DNA from: Octopus vulgaris
Lineage: Eukaryota
NCBI GenBank assembly: GCA_951406725.2
Contig: OX597819.1
Span: 72,850,001 to 72,914,000, forward strand
DNA: 64,000 bases
Direction: 5' to 3'
The notes under the pieces were generated by a model that saw only the letters and a list, made by a program, of their open reading frames with translations, did no database searches and had not been told where the DNA came from. Made by a program: the position numbers and the translations under genes. This document shows positions 39,987 through 53,250 of the stretch, piece by piece (the stretch's first letter is position 1; each line of letters starts with the position of its first letter).

Positions 39987-40365
39987 TGTTGTAGTGGGAA
40001 TGGTACACCCCTCCTATGGGACAAGTGGTATGATCCAACCACTATAAAGTGAGATGACATCAACTAGTACAGGGAGTCATGTGTCAGTCGGTTGTAGAGT
40101 CATACGAGTTCTCAGTTGGAGCTAAGTGTCAGTTACGTGTTATAGTCAAGTTCAAGCCACAGTAAAGGTAAACGGTTCAAATTCTGTGTCTTGCAGAGCT
40201 ATCAGCAATAGCACAATAGACAAAGCAGTGTATTGCCATTCCTGTAGAGAAGAGATACACTGTATCCCATACCAAGAAAGTATCATGGCTACTAGAGTAA
40301 ATACAACAGCTACAGTCAGAACAGTGGTCACACATTTTAACTGTGGATAACACCACATTATAACA
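39987..40365 (+). mobile_element. Solo LTR (TG..CA; BEL/Pao- or Gypsy-like) inserted in a family E repeat
   Basis: Ends tgttgtagtg / cattataaca (imperfect inverted repeat); flanks gaaagg / gaaaag; TATA-like ctataaa at about 40042. The host repeat (about 39920-40500) is split at ggcattag|..cagctgtagaaacc. Confidence 0.7.
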
Positions 40366-40888
40366 GAAAAGTAGCAGCTGTAGAAACCATGTCAAAGAAG
40401 ATATTAGAACTTGGCACAGTCCTCTGGCTTATCTGTTTCCATCAAACCATCCCATCCATACCAGCATGGAAAAAGGGATATATGATGATGATGATGATGA
40501 TAGCAATACTCATCATTACCACAAATTGTCCATTAGAGAGTCTTTCATCTTCAACCCATGAATTATGGTTTTACCTCTTTCACTATGACAGAAAATTTAG
40601 ATCTTGAACATCTTTCCAAACATAATCAGCTGTAGCTTGACAAAGAATATCAATCAAACCTTAATCACTCCCTACAGAGAAATTAATCATCGTTAAAACT
40701 CAATTAAGATTTCATCAACATTTCTACAAATTTTGAATGATCTCAGGAGTCAACAGCAACTCTGTACAGTCATAAGACATCCTAGTCGGCTATCTTAGTT
40801 TGTTTTTTTTGTTTTTTATTCTAGCCCACAACGAAAAAAAAAATCACATCTAAATGTTCAAACAACATGAAAAATAATTCGTCTTTAA

Positions 40889-41928
40889 CCCTTTCGTTAC
40901 TATATTTCTGACCAAAATACACCCCTCATGAGTTTCAATTAAATTCTAAAATAATCATGAATCTAGGCTTGTTTCATTAAATAACTGTAACTTATTTACT
41001 TATCAACATATTAATGTGATATTTGGAACATAATTAAAGAAAGGGTTCTTAATCAATTCTATCACATAACTTTTGTCTCAAAGTGACTTTAATTACAGGT
41101 AAATCCAGGTAAATTGAGCAAAAGGTAAAAATATAAAAATTTTGTTTAAACATCACCATAGAAAATGAATCATCAGCTAATATTCAAATGGGTATGCAAC
41201 AAAATTTTGATAAAGAAGAATTGTGCACATCACTATATCATCAGTTGAATTTAATGCACAACAGGTGTACCATAAAGGTGGAATAAAGTGAAATACTGGA
41301 ATCCACCGCAAGTTTGACCGAACTAAAGAAATCGGTCAAAAAATAATATACGGCCCTGGTTATGGTATGGAAGTGATAAATTCCAGACCACATCGTCCCC
41401 TAGGCCATGCTGACTAACATTATTTTCCCTGTATAAAAACTAAATCCACGCAGTACCCCATATTTGCTTCACAAATTTTACGAAATTTGAACCCCCATTT
41501 TGTGTTTGTTTACATTCTGCGTAATTTTGTTTCCGCATTGATCACTTCAAACAATAACTTCCAGACCACATCGTACCCTAAGCCATGCTGATTAACATTA
41601 GTTTCCCTGTATAAAAACTAAATCCACAACAGTACCCAGTATTTGCTTCACAAATTTTCCAATTCGGAATCATTGCTTGATAACATGAAACTCCTATCCA
41701 TTTTCAAAGTTGAAGAAAATTCGATGCCGAAAAAAATGTGGAAAAAAATCTCCCAAAATTCAGGGAATTAAAATTACACGTCGATCGTTGTACAAAACTG
41801 TAGATGAACTGTTTACGAAGTGTAATCACATGTTTTCACGAATGTACTAAAGAGATTTGCTCTGATATTCTCATTTAAATATGAATAGGTAAATACGGGC
41901 GGGTTTGGGCGGTTTGGTAACAAAAGGG
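40889..41928. mobile_element. piggyBac-like non-autonomous element with TTAA TSD
   Basis: TTAA-ccctttcgttac ... gtaacaaaaggg-TTAA. Internal direct repeat of about 100 bp at 41381-41479 / 41559-41658. CpG-rich relative to its flanks. Confidence 0.9.
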
Positions 41929-42046
41929 TTAAGAGTCAGTTGTCACCCATGAACAAGTATGATTAAGTAACATATACCAAGCTTTCACTAATTGTTTTAA
42001 GTGCTGTTTAGTCAGGGGTATCATAGCCACACACCCAACTCTCCTA

Positions 42047-42257
42047 CCCTTTTAATATCAACCCAGTTGAAACTGCTTCTGGCTCTGTATAACAAATGTC
42101 TTGTTTTCAAAAGTTATGAAAGTGTACCACCAAACCTTAGTCACAATTTACGTTCCTAACACCAGCTTAATAAGTTATTTTACTAAATTCTTTGTTATAT
42201 TTAAAATTAATTGAAAGAAACACAGAACATCTCAACAAAAATATGATAACAAAAGGC
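42047..42257. mobile_element. piggyBac-like MITE
   Basis: cccttttaatatc ... gataacaaaaggc-TTAA; the right end resembles the left end of 40889-41928 in inverted orientation. Confidence 0.7.
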
Positions 42258-42329
42258 TTAATCTAGTGGTACATTCAGGGTGACAGATGAAGTGGGGTGG
42301 TTGCATCAGCACTTGCTCGTTTACTAGTA

Positions 42330-42755
42330 CTCCATCAGTTATGACAAAGAGGTTTTCCAGTGGATCCAATTAAGAAAACAGCCTGCTCATGAAACTAATG
42401 TGCGAGTGGCTAAGCACTCCACAGACACATATACCCTTAATGTAGTTCTCAGCATGGCACAGAACATGACAAAGCTGGACCCTTTGGAATTAAAGGTACA
42501 ACACATTTTTGCCAGCTGAGTGGACTGGAGCAACGTGAAATAAAGTGTCTTGCTCAAGGACACAACACACTGGAAATCACACTTGCAACCTTAAAATTGG
42601 GAGCCAAATACCCTAACCACTAAGCCATGTGCCTTTACTGGTACTCATTTACAAAGTGCCTTGCTCAAGAACACAATGCACTGCTAGGTTCAGGAATTGA
42701 AGCCATGACACTATGATCATGACCCAAACTCCCTAACCACTGTGCCACACACATT
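42330..42755 (-). mobile_element. tRNA-derived SINE family D (copy at about 42330-42635 plus a second head at about 42655-42755)
   Basis: Reverse complement ggcacatggcttagtggttagggtatttggctc..gtgtccttgagcaagacactttatttcacgttgctccagtccactcagctgg. Confidence 0.8.
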
Positions 42756-42862
42756 TACATGATGACAATCTCTGAAAATATGAGGGAATGGCAACCAGTT
42801 TAGAAAAGCAGTCAATGGAATCAGAAAGGGTGACTGGCCACACAACATCCATTACGATCAAA

Positions 42863-43064
42863 CCCTTTCAGATTACCCTGTTGAATGTAATGATTATTTA
42901 TTCACATTGAAAATTAATTACGCATTATCTTGTAACTAAGAGATTTTGATGTGCTTGTTTCTTTCACAATGATATTGTAGGGTAAGTATAATAGGCCAAA
43001 TATAGCTGGTTTGAAAACAGGTAGAATATTTGGGCTGGATTTGGCCAGTTTCAATGCTAAAGGG
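42863..43064 (-). mobile_element. piggyBac-like MITE (ccctttagcatt family), inverted copy
   Basis: Ends aatgctaaaggg-TTAA; reverse complement of the 46387 and 49211 copies. Confidence 0.8.
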
Positions 43065-44667
43065 TTAAACATCTCTCAATTAGTATGCTGGTAATATTCA
43101 CACACATCCAATTAGTTACTGCTAATATGGACTATTGATTATTAAAACAATAATGATGAAATTGAAGAAAATATAAAGATAAATAAATTACTATGAAATA
43201 CACATTTAAATTGAGCTGTTTTCAAATTTAGCCATAAATCTCAAAGGTGAAGAAATCCTTAGACTTTTAACAATATCAATCTTCTGTATATAAATCAGGT
43301 TTTTTTTATAAAAGTTAATTCTAAATCAACTTTTCAGTTTTAATGTATGTATATTATAATCAAGTTTATATACAAATAATTTTTTATTTTCCAATTTTCA
43401 ATAATGACTTTCTTTTAATTTATTAATATCCACAAATTTATAGATATGAGATTGCATGACAGCTTTATCTCGAGACAGCCAGAAACATCACCACCATACA
43501 AGTGGTGTGATGTGTTTCCAGTCTTCTGTGAAAAACATGTCCAACTGTAGGGAAATATCTTCTTGAAAACAGGTGAGGGTTAGCAACAGGAAGGGCATCC
43601 AATCATTGAAAATCTACCTCAACAAATTTTGTCTGACCCATGGAAGCATGGAAAAGGTGAACATTAAAAGAAGAATAATCATGATCTATATTACTTTATT
43701 TTTCCCATGTTAACATGCTGAGAATCATCTCTACCCCCATATTTATTTGAGTTGTAAATGAAAAATATTGGAAACAATTCTAGCCCAGAAGTGAGTTTAT
43801 GGTTTAATCAATAATTAAGTAGCTTAATCATTGAGCTAAGTAACACAGTTTTTCTTTTGAAATTAATCTAGAGGAGAAATATATTGCAAGAACATGACCA
43901 CAAAGGACATGTAAATCATCACTTGCAATATACTGGTGTTCAGAAATCCTCAGCATTACATAAGGATTTCATTCCTAAAAATAAATTACCACACACACAG
44001 AGCAACGAGTTTCAAAACAATGATGTCTATATATGTATTTATGTAATGTATTCATTGTTAAAGCATTCTAGCAGAATCAAAAGTTAATGGAATGAGTTGA
44101 AAGCTGTATAGTACTTTCATCTTCAGAGAGCAACTTCTCCCTCTAAACGATGTGCATTCATAAAAACAATTCACTGACATAAGACTTTGAGACACCAGGC
44201 TGTTTCAACTTGGTTGTGTCTCCTCAGTGAAAGCTACCCCTGGATGAAACTAAACAAGGGTGATGGCTTTTGTTTATAGATTCAGCAGATAAACTATTTG
44301 CTGTTATATGTTGATGCATGCTGAGCCGATGATGAATTATATCAATGCATTAAGTATATCATGAACACACATTATCTAAAGGTAGAAGCTGTTCTCGGAA
44401 AATGAAAAACAATAGCAATTTACATAGTCGTTCATATTAACGTCTACTTGAACACATAAAGAATGAATAAGTACATTACATTTCTGAAAAGCTTTGCCAT
44501 AAGGAGTCAAATTCCAAATTACTGAAACCCTATTTTCTGATTGATTTCCAGGTTGTACATTGCCTTGCATTTCTACATTGATTTTTTGGGAGGTGGAAAA
44601 AAATCCACTTCTCTTACCAGCATAACCAGAGTTTCCCTAATATACAAGGGATGGGGTCCCTCTACAA

Positions 44668-44929
44668 CAATGGTTCTCAGTCATTTTTTGCCTATGGACC
44701 CCTTGGATTCCTATTTTATTCTACTGGCCACCCCATAACCATTTAATGGATATAAAAACAATCTTACCGTATTTTTATAATTAGATATTATCAAGAATTC
44801 TGTAAAAATAAAATTGTTTAAATATTTCATATATTGCAGATGTATAACCAGTTTACTGCGCATAAACTTTAACAACAAAATCTTACAATGACCCCTAAGG
44901 GCTACATGGACCCCTGATGAGAACCACTG
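44668..44929. mobile_element. hAT-type MITE
   Basis: TIR caatggttctca / tgagaaccactg; 8-bp flanks ctctacaa / atctacag. Confidence 0.85.
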
Positions 44930-46386
44930 ATCTACAGTAAACTAAAAATATGACAGCTACCTTAATCACATTTTTAGAACAATTTTCCAAGGGTGGGGAA
45001 ATAAAAGTTCCAGTTTTCTAAAATTTCTTCTCAGATGAATTCAATTAAATTTACACTTTCTCTATAAAAATAAATCAGATTCCATTTTTATGAAAGAAAA
45101 TATCTCAAATCTACATATTACACATACAGAAACAGACTTGATCTATTACATTAGATTCTTCGCCAGTTCTCACTCGAAATTCATAGTATTAAAATATAAC
45201 AAAACAAACCAGATACTTCCCCCCACCCACCCACCAATTATCTTGAGTCAAGTTTTAACAAAATACTTCTCTTGTATTATTACTTCCTTATTAAATCTAT
45301 ATTTATCTTATTTCAGACATTGGACTATGGCCATGCTGGGGCACTGTCTTGAAAGGGTTTTAGTCAAACAAATTGAACCCAGTACTTTTTTTTAAAGCCA
45401 GGTGCTTATTCTATTAGTCTCTTTTGACAAACCACTAAGTTATGGGAACATACACAAATCAACACTGTCTTGTATGGTAATATGGGTCTGACAGAACCCG
45501 ATGTGTCATGTTCCATTTGTCTGCTTTGGCATGGTTTCTACAGTTGGTTGCTGTTCGTAATGCCTTTCTGTACTGCCAGTCACCACTTCTGGGCCACTTC
45601 TATCAACATCCATCCCTGTTTCTTGTCACCTCACCACCCATAAACTCATATTTATCACTGACCACTTCTCCTCTACCCTTTTCACCATCCACTTACATTC
45701 ATCCTCTCTCTGTCTCTAATCATTTTTTACTCTCCTCCCACACTCTTGCAACCTTTACCTACTCACTTCCTTCATACTAGTATTATTAACAATAATCTAT
45801 GTTATTATTAATAGCTGCAGTATTATTAATAATTATCATTATAACAATAATGAGAAATACTATAAAAAGACAAAGTAAATCTATAAGGCCAAACATACAC
45901 ATCAACTCTGAACGCTTTATACAGCTTCAAGAGTAATGGACAGTAACGACAACAGCTCTTAAAAGCCCACTTAATGCAGTCGACAACATTATCAATTGAA
46001 CAATTCTAAATCCCGAGAAATATTTCAGATCTGACAATCAATCGTTAGTAAGTAGTCAGCAATACATAAAATCCAGTCAACTCAAGATCTGAAAAAGTAA
46101 TAGTCAATCAGTAAATGAGCACTTGAGATGGTTCGCAAGTAAGCCATTTGTCTACAAATCATTTCCTTACAAAAAGGGGATGTAAAGACTCAAATTTAAG
46201 GAGTGATAAGGCAGTCAGACACAGCTTAGTGATGGAAGCCCCTGTCTGACTGCAAGTATCTTTCTATTTTGTCAATGAAGTATTTAAAATATATACAAGA
46301 TTAATAACAATCAGCAAAAATTAGTCTAGCACATATGCAAATGAAATGTAATTATAAAAACAGGATTAATTTCTAATTAACTTTAA

Positions 46387-46605
46387 CCCTTTAGCATTTA
46401 AACTGGTCATAACCAACCCAGATATTCTACTAGTTTTATATTTAAACCAACCAGATCTGACCTATCTCACCTAACCTACAAAGTCATTCTAAATATAAAC
46501 AATCATGCCATTGAAATCTCAAAGCTCCAAGATGATTCATGGTCAATTCAAAGCAATGTGAACAAATAAGCATTGCATTAACAGAACAATCTGAATGCTT
46601 AACAG
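46387..46605 (+). mobile_element. piggyBac-like MITE (ccctttagcatt family)
   Basis: TTAA-ccctttagcatt ... aatgcttaacag-TTAA; colinear with 49211-49439. Confidence 0.85.
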
Positions 46606-47479
46606 TTAAATATTTCAATGTCAATGTAAAAAATATGAAAGTGTTTTTTAAAAAAGTAAAGAATATCATTTTTGGACTAAAATCTAATTTTATGATTAAA
46701 ATCTAATATTCAAGGATAGTCAGCTACATTAGATTCATTTACATTGTTTACACACAGCATTTGTATTACAATAATGTCTCTTTGATCTAAAAAATAAGGA
46801 ACATGCTTTGGGTAAATAATCAGAGTAGTAATTAAGAAAAAATTAACAAAATGCCTTACCACCAGGAGACCATATGCAAAAATATTTTGCCAACAAATAG
46901 TACTTTCTTTACACTTGAGAAAATGAACGATATGTATACATAGTCAATAGGCCTGTTACTATGGGTTTAGTACTGACATGACATCTCTTATGGACATGCT
47001 GTGTTAAAAGCACAAATATTAGAGGGAGAGAAAAGTTTGTCCCAGCAGCAAGCAAGAACATCTGATAGATTTTTTTGCTTTTTTTTTTTTTGCCTTTACA
47101 ATGGCATGTACTTGCAGATGTTATCTCAGGACAAATACTGCAGCAACTGGCCTATTGACAGTGTGTATGCATTAAGTACATCAGAAGGCTATTTAAATTT
47201 AACACTGTCTCAATTGTATATACCAAATATATATATATATGTCTGGTTTTCCCTGACTTCATATTACTGAGGCAGTGTTTTAAAGTCTGGTATCCTTCTT
47301 GTCACTAACCCATACCTGTTTTTCAAATAAGTGAGTTTTCACTACATTTGTCTTTCAACTACCCAAGACAGACAAATGGTATGTAAGAGCCATACAGGTG
47401 CCATCAGTAAGATCAGAGTTAAGGAGGACATCAGTAGGAAATTAGTATTAGAATTAGATGGACATTAGAGCTGTTGTAA

Positions 47480-48290
47480 GTCCCTTTCTGTATATTATTA
47501 TAGTGTTTCAGGCCCCCACATAGGAGTTTAAAATTGGCTGTCCATGGGAAACTCTATATGCCAATGACCTGAATCAGTCAAAGATTTAAAGAAAAAATTC
47601 CAAACTTCAAATAAAAACTTAGAATCAAGAGACTTGAAATGAAAACCTGGTGAAGACTAAACTTTAGTCAGTAGTGAAGACAGGACTTTACCACTATCAG
47701 GAGAGTGGCCTAGAAATGCCATGTAGTAACATTTGTAAACTATGAATATATTAGGAGTGTAGTGATGTTACAGGTAGAGAGAGGGGTGAATTCACATGTG
47801 GCAGATGCACAAGAGTTGTTGGTAGTAAGAGTGTATGCAGTTCAAACAAAGCTCCTTAAGAGTAGGCAATAGTTTTTGTCACCTAAGAGATGTAAATTAG
47901 CAGTAGTGGTGGGTGTTCAGGAAGCATAATTGCTACAATGAGATGTATGTCATGAGGATGGAGAATTTTCAATGGATGGAAAAGAAACGATGCATGCACA
48001 CACTGTTAGATGTTATTGTGCATGAACAATGAAGTACAAATGAGAAGACTAGATACAACAAGAAAGGATGCAAGAAAGAAGATTATATTGGTATGGGTAT
48101 GTCTGTTGTATAAAATGCCAAGTACTCCAAGTGGATGGAACCTGTGAATGGGGGAGAGAGAGAGATCAAGGAAGGTAAGGAGCAAAGTGCTGAAAATTAA
48201 TTTCAAGAGGCTGAGTTTAACAAGGAGTTGACAAAGAAGCACATGTGGTAAGGCAACATGCTGAAGGAGAAGTAAAATGATGGAGACTGG
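47480..48290 (+). pseudogene. Highly decayed RTE reverse-transcriptase remnant
   Basis: EFKIGCPWETLYANDL (decayed YADD), KKKFQT..NLESRDL, FTCGRCT, VGNSFCHLRD..SSSGGCSGSIIA. Confidence 0.75.
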
Positions 48291-48717
48291 GTTATATAAT
48301 ATCTCCACTCAAGTTTCTCTTAACTATTATATTTACATTAATTGCTCCTTCTCTCTTTGTTATTCTCTCACTCATCGCTTACCAGTGTTGCCCAAACACT
48401 GAGGGATACTATCACATATAGATATCTGTCCTTTTATTCTTAACATCACCCTTCAGCAGTTGTATTTAGAATGAAATATGCAAATGGATTATGATGATGG
48501 TAATGATTAAGCAATGGAGATAGAGAAATGGTTTGTAAATGCTGTCAATCAAATGATGTTTGAATCAAAGTTACTATTAGCAATTGAAAAAAAGAGGTAA
48601 GCATGTTTCACTATGTGAAACTTAAAAGTTCCATTCCCAAACATCTCTCCCTATAAATTAGAAAATTACTATTTTTAAAGCTCACAATGTGAGATATTCA
48701 GCAATAGTACTTTGTAG

Positions 48718-48904
48718 TAAAGATTGTTTGCTAAAATAACATGGCAGTCCTGGTTTAGGACAAATGTTGCTGTAATTTAGCCCCACGAGATTTCATCTCC
48801 AGCTGGCTATACAACATGATTTGTGTCCTTATATTTTCAAAGGGAATCTAGCACCCCAACTCAGCTCAATGGAGCTGCCATGTTATGTTGGCAAACAATC
48901 TTTA
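48718..48904. mobile_element. MITE with TIRs of about 30 bp, TA-bounded
   Basis: taaagattgtttgctaaaataacatggcag versus ctgccatgttatgttggcaaacaatcttta. Confidence 0.85.
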
Positions 48905-49210
48905 TCTCTTCCTAGTTTTGTGAAACTATAAACATAGACAAGGATCACTATTAGGAAGGGCATCCAGCTGCAGAAACCATGCAAAAGCTGACACTGGAGT
49001 TCAACACAACCCTGTGGTTCACCAGTTTCCATCAAACCATCCAACCTATGTTGGACTGGAAAATGAACATAATGATAATTTTGTCAGAGATACTATAGTT
49101 CTCATCACAGCATTTACAACTAGGAACTTTAAAAGGAAACCCTTGAAGAATTATCATGGCTAGAATTAGTGTTTAGTGCCTCAGTCATCCCAACAGCAAA
49201 CTTGATTTAA

Positions 49211-49439
49211 CCCTTTAGCATTTAAACCAGCCATATCCAGTTTAAATAAATTCCATATATTCTATCTTTTTATGTACAAACTGGCTAAATCTAACCTCTC
49301 ACACCTATCCTGCAATGATATTCTAAAAATAAACAATCACATCATCAAAATCTTGAAGCTACAAGAATGCTTGATTAATTCAAAACAATATGAAAGAAAT
49401 AAGTATTACACTTGACAGAATAATCTGAATGCTAAAGGG
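49211..49439 (+). mobile_element. piggyBac-like MITE with perfect 12-bp TIR and TTAA TSD
   Basis: TTAA-ccctttagcatt ... aatgctaaaggg-TTAA. Confidence 0.9.
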
Positions 49440-50034
49440 TTAAATAGAAGAAAATAGCACCAAGTCAATGCAATCTGGATCACTGTTTCAAAGTGACAAA
49501 ACAGTGAAACTCAATCTAAAACAACTTCATAACTTATGATTAATGATTGATTCAATGAAGAAGTAGATTAATCATGCAATGAGGTGACTTATCAATATTG
49601 GTGATGATACACCATACATAGCAGAGCAGTAGTGGTGGTGGTGGTGGTGATAGTATAGTCTTCAATTTTAGAAGTTTTGGATGACTACTCATTACAGCAA
49701 AAGTATACTCTCTACCAAAGAAACATTCAAGTGAGAAGAAGAATGCCAAATATTATTGAAAAGCCACCACCCTTCAACAGTAAATGAACAATGTCTGTTA
49801 AAAGTGCACCAACAGCAAGAATTATACAAGTAGGAACAAAGAAAATAGAAGTATTATGAATTGGCAGCTGAATGAGTAATGTGCAGAAACCATAGCTCTT
49901 AGGCTTATGACTTACAACCAAAACATTGTACTCAGCTCATCTTACTTAAATTTTCCTCAATGAGAAACGGTTATTACAATGCTCATCATCATCGTTTAAC
50001 ATTCGCTTTCCATGCTAGCCCAATATCACAAATT

Positions 50035-50390
50035 CATCATCATTGTTTTAATGCTCACTTCTCTATGCTCGATGGGTCAAACAGAATTCATTGAGGTAGA
50101 TTTTCTAAGGCCAGATACCTTTCCCGTCACCAACCCAGCCTGTTTCCATGTAAGATGATATTTACCCATAGCCAGACATGTTTTTAAGGAAGACTGAAAG
50201 GACACTGCTTATATGATGGTGATGCTTGTTTACAACTATCATACAATATCAAGTCATTAACACACACACACACGACAGGATTCTTTCAATTTTCAATCAA
50301 ATTCCCTCACAAGGCTTTGATCAGTAGAGGCTATAGCAGCAGACACTTGTCCAAGGTACCATGCAGTGGGACTGAATCCAAGACCATTTT
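50035..50390 (-). mobile_element. SINE family B
   Basis: Motif match on the reverse complement. Confidence 0.75.
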
Positions 50391-50844
50391 AAATTAGAAA
50401 GAGAATATTAAAATTTGTAATGAAAATGTTTTCAAATACATTTAGTCATAAAACTTCATGGCTATTGAATGACACTTGAAAATAAAGTACTAATTAAATA
50501 TCCATCTAATTTGGAGAGATAATTAATAATTTCCTTAAAGCACAATACACACGCCGTACAATCAATACAAATATCATTATTATAGTGGAAGGAATTACTT
50601 ATAGTCTGTTACTAGTAAGGTGAAAGTATTCCAAACTGTGAAAATGAGGTTGCTCATATCAAAATGGTAATGGAGTTTATTGAAGAATTAATGTAAATTT
50701 TGAAGAGTTGGGAGTGAGTAGATTGCAAGAATACTGAAAGCATCCCATTAGATGCAACTTATAAAAATAAAAGAATATGTAATGTTTAGTCCAATATATT
50801 TTTGAGAAACCTAATAATAACAGGTAGTAGTAATAGTAGTGGTG

Positions 50845-51030
50845 GTGGTGCCACATAAAAAGCACCCAGTACACTCTGTAAAGTATTTGGTGTTAGGAAG
50901 GGCATCCAGCTGTAGAAACCATACCAAAACAGACAATGGAAACTGGTGCAGTTCCTGACCTTGCCAGTGCCAGTCAAACCATCCATCCCATGCCATAATG
51001 GAAAATAGATATTAATGATGATGATGGTAG
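50845..51030 (+). mobile_element. Family E tail
   Basis: ttaggaagggcatccagctgtagaaacc..(gat)n. Confidence 0.8.
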
Positions 51031-52879
51031 GGTAGAGCCAGCAACATTCCAATATTGACAATAGGTTTACATCTACTATTGATTTGATGGTATATAAGAC
51101 TCACTTTTTTAATTGATGCCATCAAATAGGATATATATTCCCAATGCTAAGTCAAGAAAATATTGGAAAACATAACTATCACTAAATGCAGAAAATACAA
51201 AGACTTGAAGAAGAAATCCAGTAATTGTATAGAATGTAGGAGCACAGGGAAAAGTGAAAAAATAGATGGAGAAAAAGAAACAAATATCACAATACCAAAT
51301 TACTGTAAAACTGGAGTTTGGTTCCACATGCAACAAAGACCTGTCTCTATCATTTCCAGAAACAAAAGTTCGATTAAATTACCAGGTCTGGAGCTTAGTT
51401 ATTATAGAAAAGCTCAAGAACTTGAAAAAAAAACAACATACAAAATTTCCTCAGTTCACCTCAAATGACTTAACAGAATCACTAACAACAGAAAGGCTAT
51501 CAGGATTAGAACTGTGAATGAAAATTCTGTCCATAAGTTAACTCATCTTATCAACGCAACATGAATAATAAATATAGGTTGCATGTTATGATGAAAAATT
51601 AGGAAAAATTAGACGACTTTGTAGCTATTGTGACATTGTTTCTCATTGTTGGTGGCTTGGTTGATTAAACTCCATGTCACATGCTCACTCAACCAGAACC
51701 ATGTGGTCTTACCAAACCATCCATAACAAGTCTTATTTCCATATCAGAACCTAGTAGTATTGTAGAATTTAGTAGGTAGGTGCAGATGTGTCATTGACAA
51801 GATTCCTCCTAACCATGTGGTCATGAGTTCAATCCCACTTCATGGTACCTTGGGTAATTGGACATGACGATGTTAGAACCTATTTATGGAAGGTGGGTAC
51901 AAGAGAACAGGGATGTTCTCCAATGACAAAAAAAAAGTAAATCTCCAGAACATTGAAAACAAGTACATTATCATTTTATAATCTTATTTTTACTGTAATA
52001 TTCAACTTTACTGCTCATACAATTTGGTGACTGAAATTATTCTTGCAAAAATATGTGCAAGTAACAAGGAAAATTTCTTTTATAGTTCAAAACCAGGGGA
52101 TGAAAAAAAAACTTATTTACAAAGTTGTGCTCTTAATATACATTTTCGTAAAGATGAGACAGTCATCAGTAGAAAAAAAATTAAATAAATAAAAAATAGC
52201 AATTTGACATACAGCCTCACCCTGTATGTATGCAAAATTAACCTAGCTATACTTGTGTGATATGCCTACTGAGATAATATCAAATTTAGCCAATGGAGAT
52301 ATAAATACATATTACATACATTCATATATGTGTGTGTGTGTGAAATTATCTTTAAAATATTGATGGTGTGGACTACAGATTAATCTTAACCATTAAAGGC
52401 TGAATCGACATAAAAGTTTTCCAATCAGAAAACATCTCTTCTACAAAAGATTTTCCAATGACTTCAAAGAACATGTCAAACAGTGACATTTTTAACACTG
52501 AAAACTATACAAATCAATAGACTTAAAACATTCATTTACAGTTTCTGATAAACACTGCTTTCTGTCATCTACTGTCTAAAACTTTGTTCTGTTAGGTCAT
52601 ACTAATTGATAAAGGGACTTTTATCTTTTGTTAATTTTGTCTCCAAACAAAAGATTAAATAAAGATGCAAGATAATGGAAATATTCATTAATAAACACAT
52701 AATCAAAAGCTTTTTATACAAATGTTTTTGTTGTTTTCTTTTTCACAAGTTGAAGTGAAGATGACAAATAGAAATGGGTATGGTTTACTGAAGATGTTAT
52801 AAAACTGAAGATAAAACAACTCAATCAGAAATTATAGTACTACTGAGTTACTAAGTTGTTAATTACAAAAATTTCATTA

Positions 52880-53250
52880 CCAAAGACATGGTTTCCAGTT
52901 CAGTCCTACTTTGTGACGTTGGGCAACCAAAGCCTTATGAATGGATTTAGTAAATGAAAACTGAAAGAAGCCCATCATATGCATATGAATGTGTGTGTGT
53001 GTTTGTATGCATGCTTCTCCTTGTCTTGATATTGCGTGATCAGTGTAAATGAATGCCACTGTTTATGCAAGCTGTATCATTTATTCTGCAAAAACATGTC
53101 TGGCCATGGGAAATTGTTACCATGTCTGGAAACAAGTAAGCGTCGTTGAGAAGAGGGTATCTTATCTGGTCATAAAAAAATCTGTCTCCTCCATAAACTC
53201 CATGTGACCCATGCAAGCATGGAAAAGTGGACATTAAAATTATGATAATG
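52880..53250 (+). mobile_element. SINE family B
   Basis: aaactgaaagaagccc..aaaacatgtctggccatggg..cccatgcaagcatggaaaagtggacattaaa. Confidence 0.8.
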
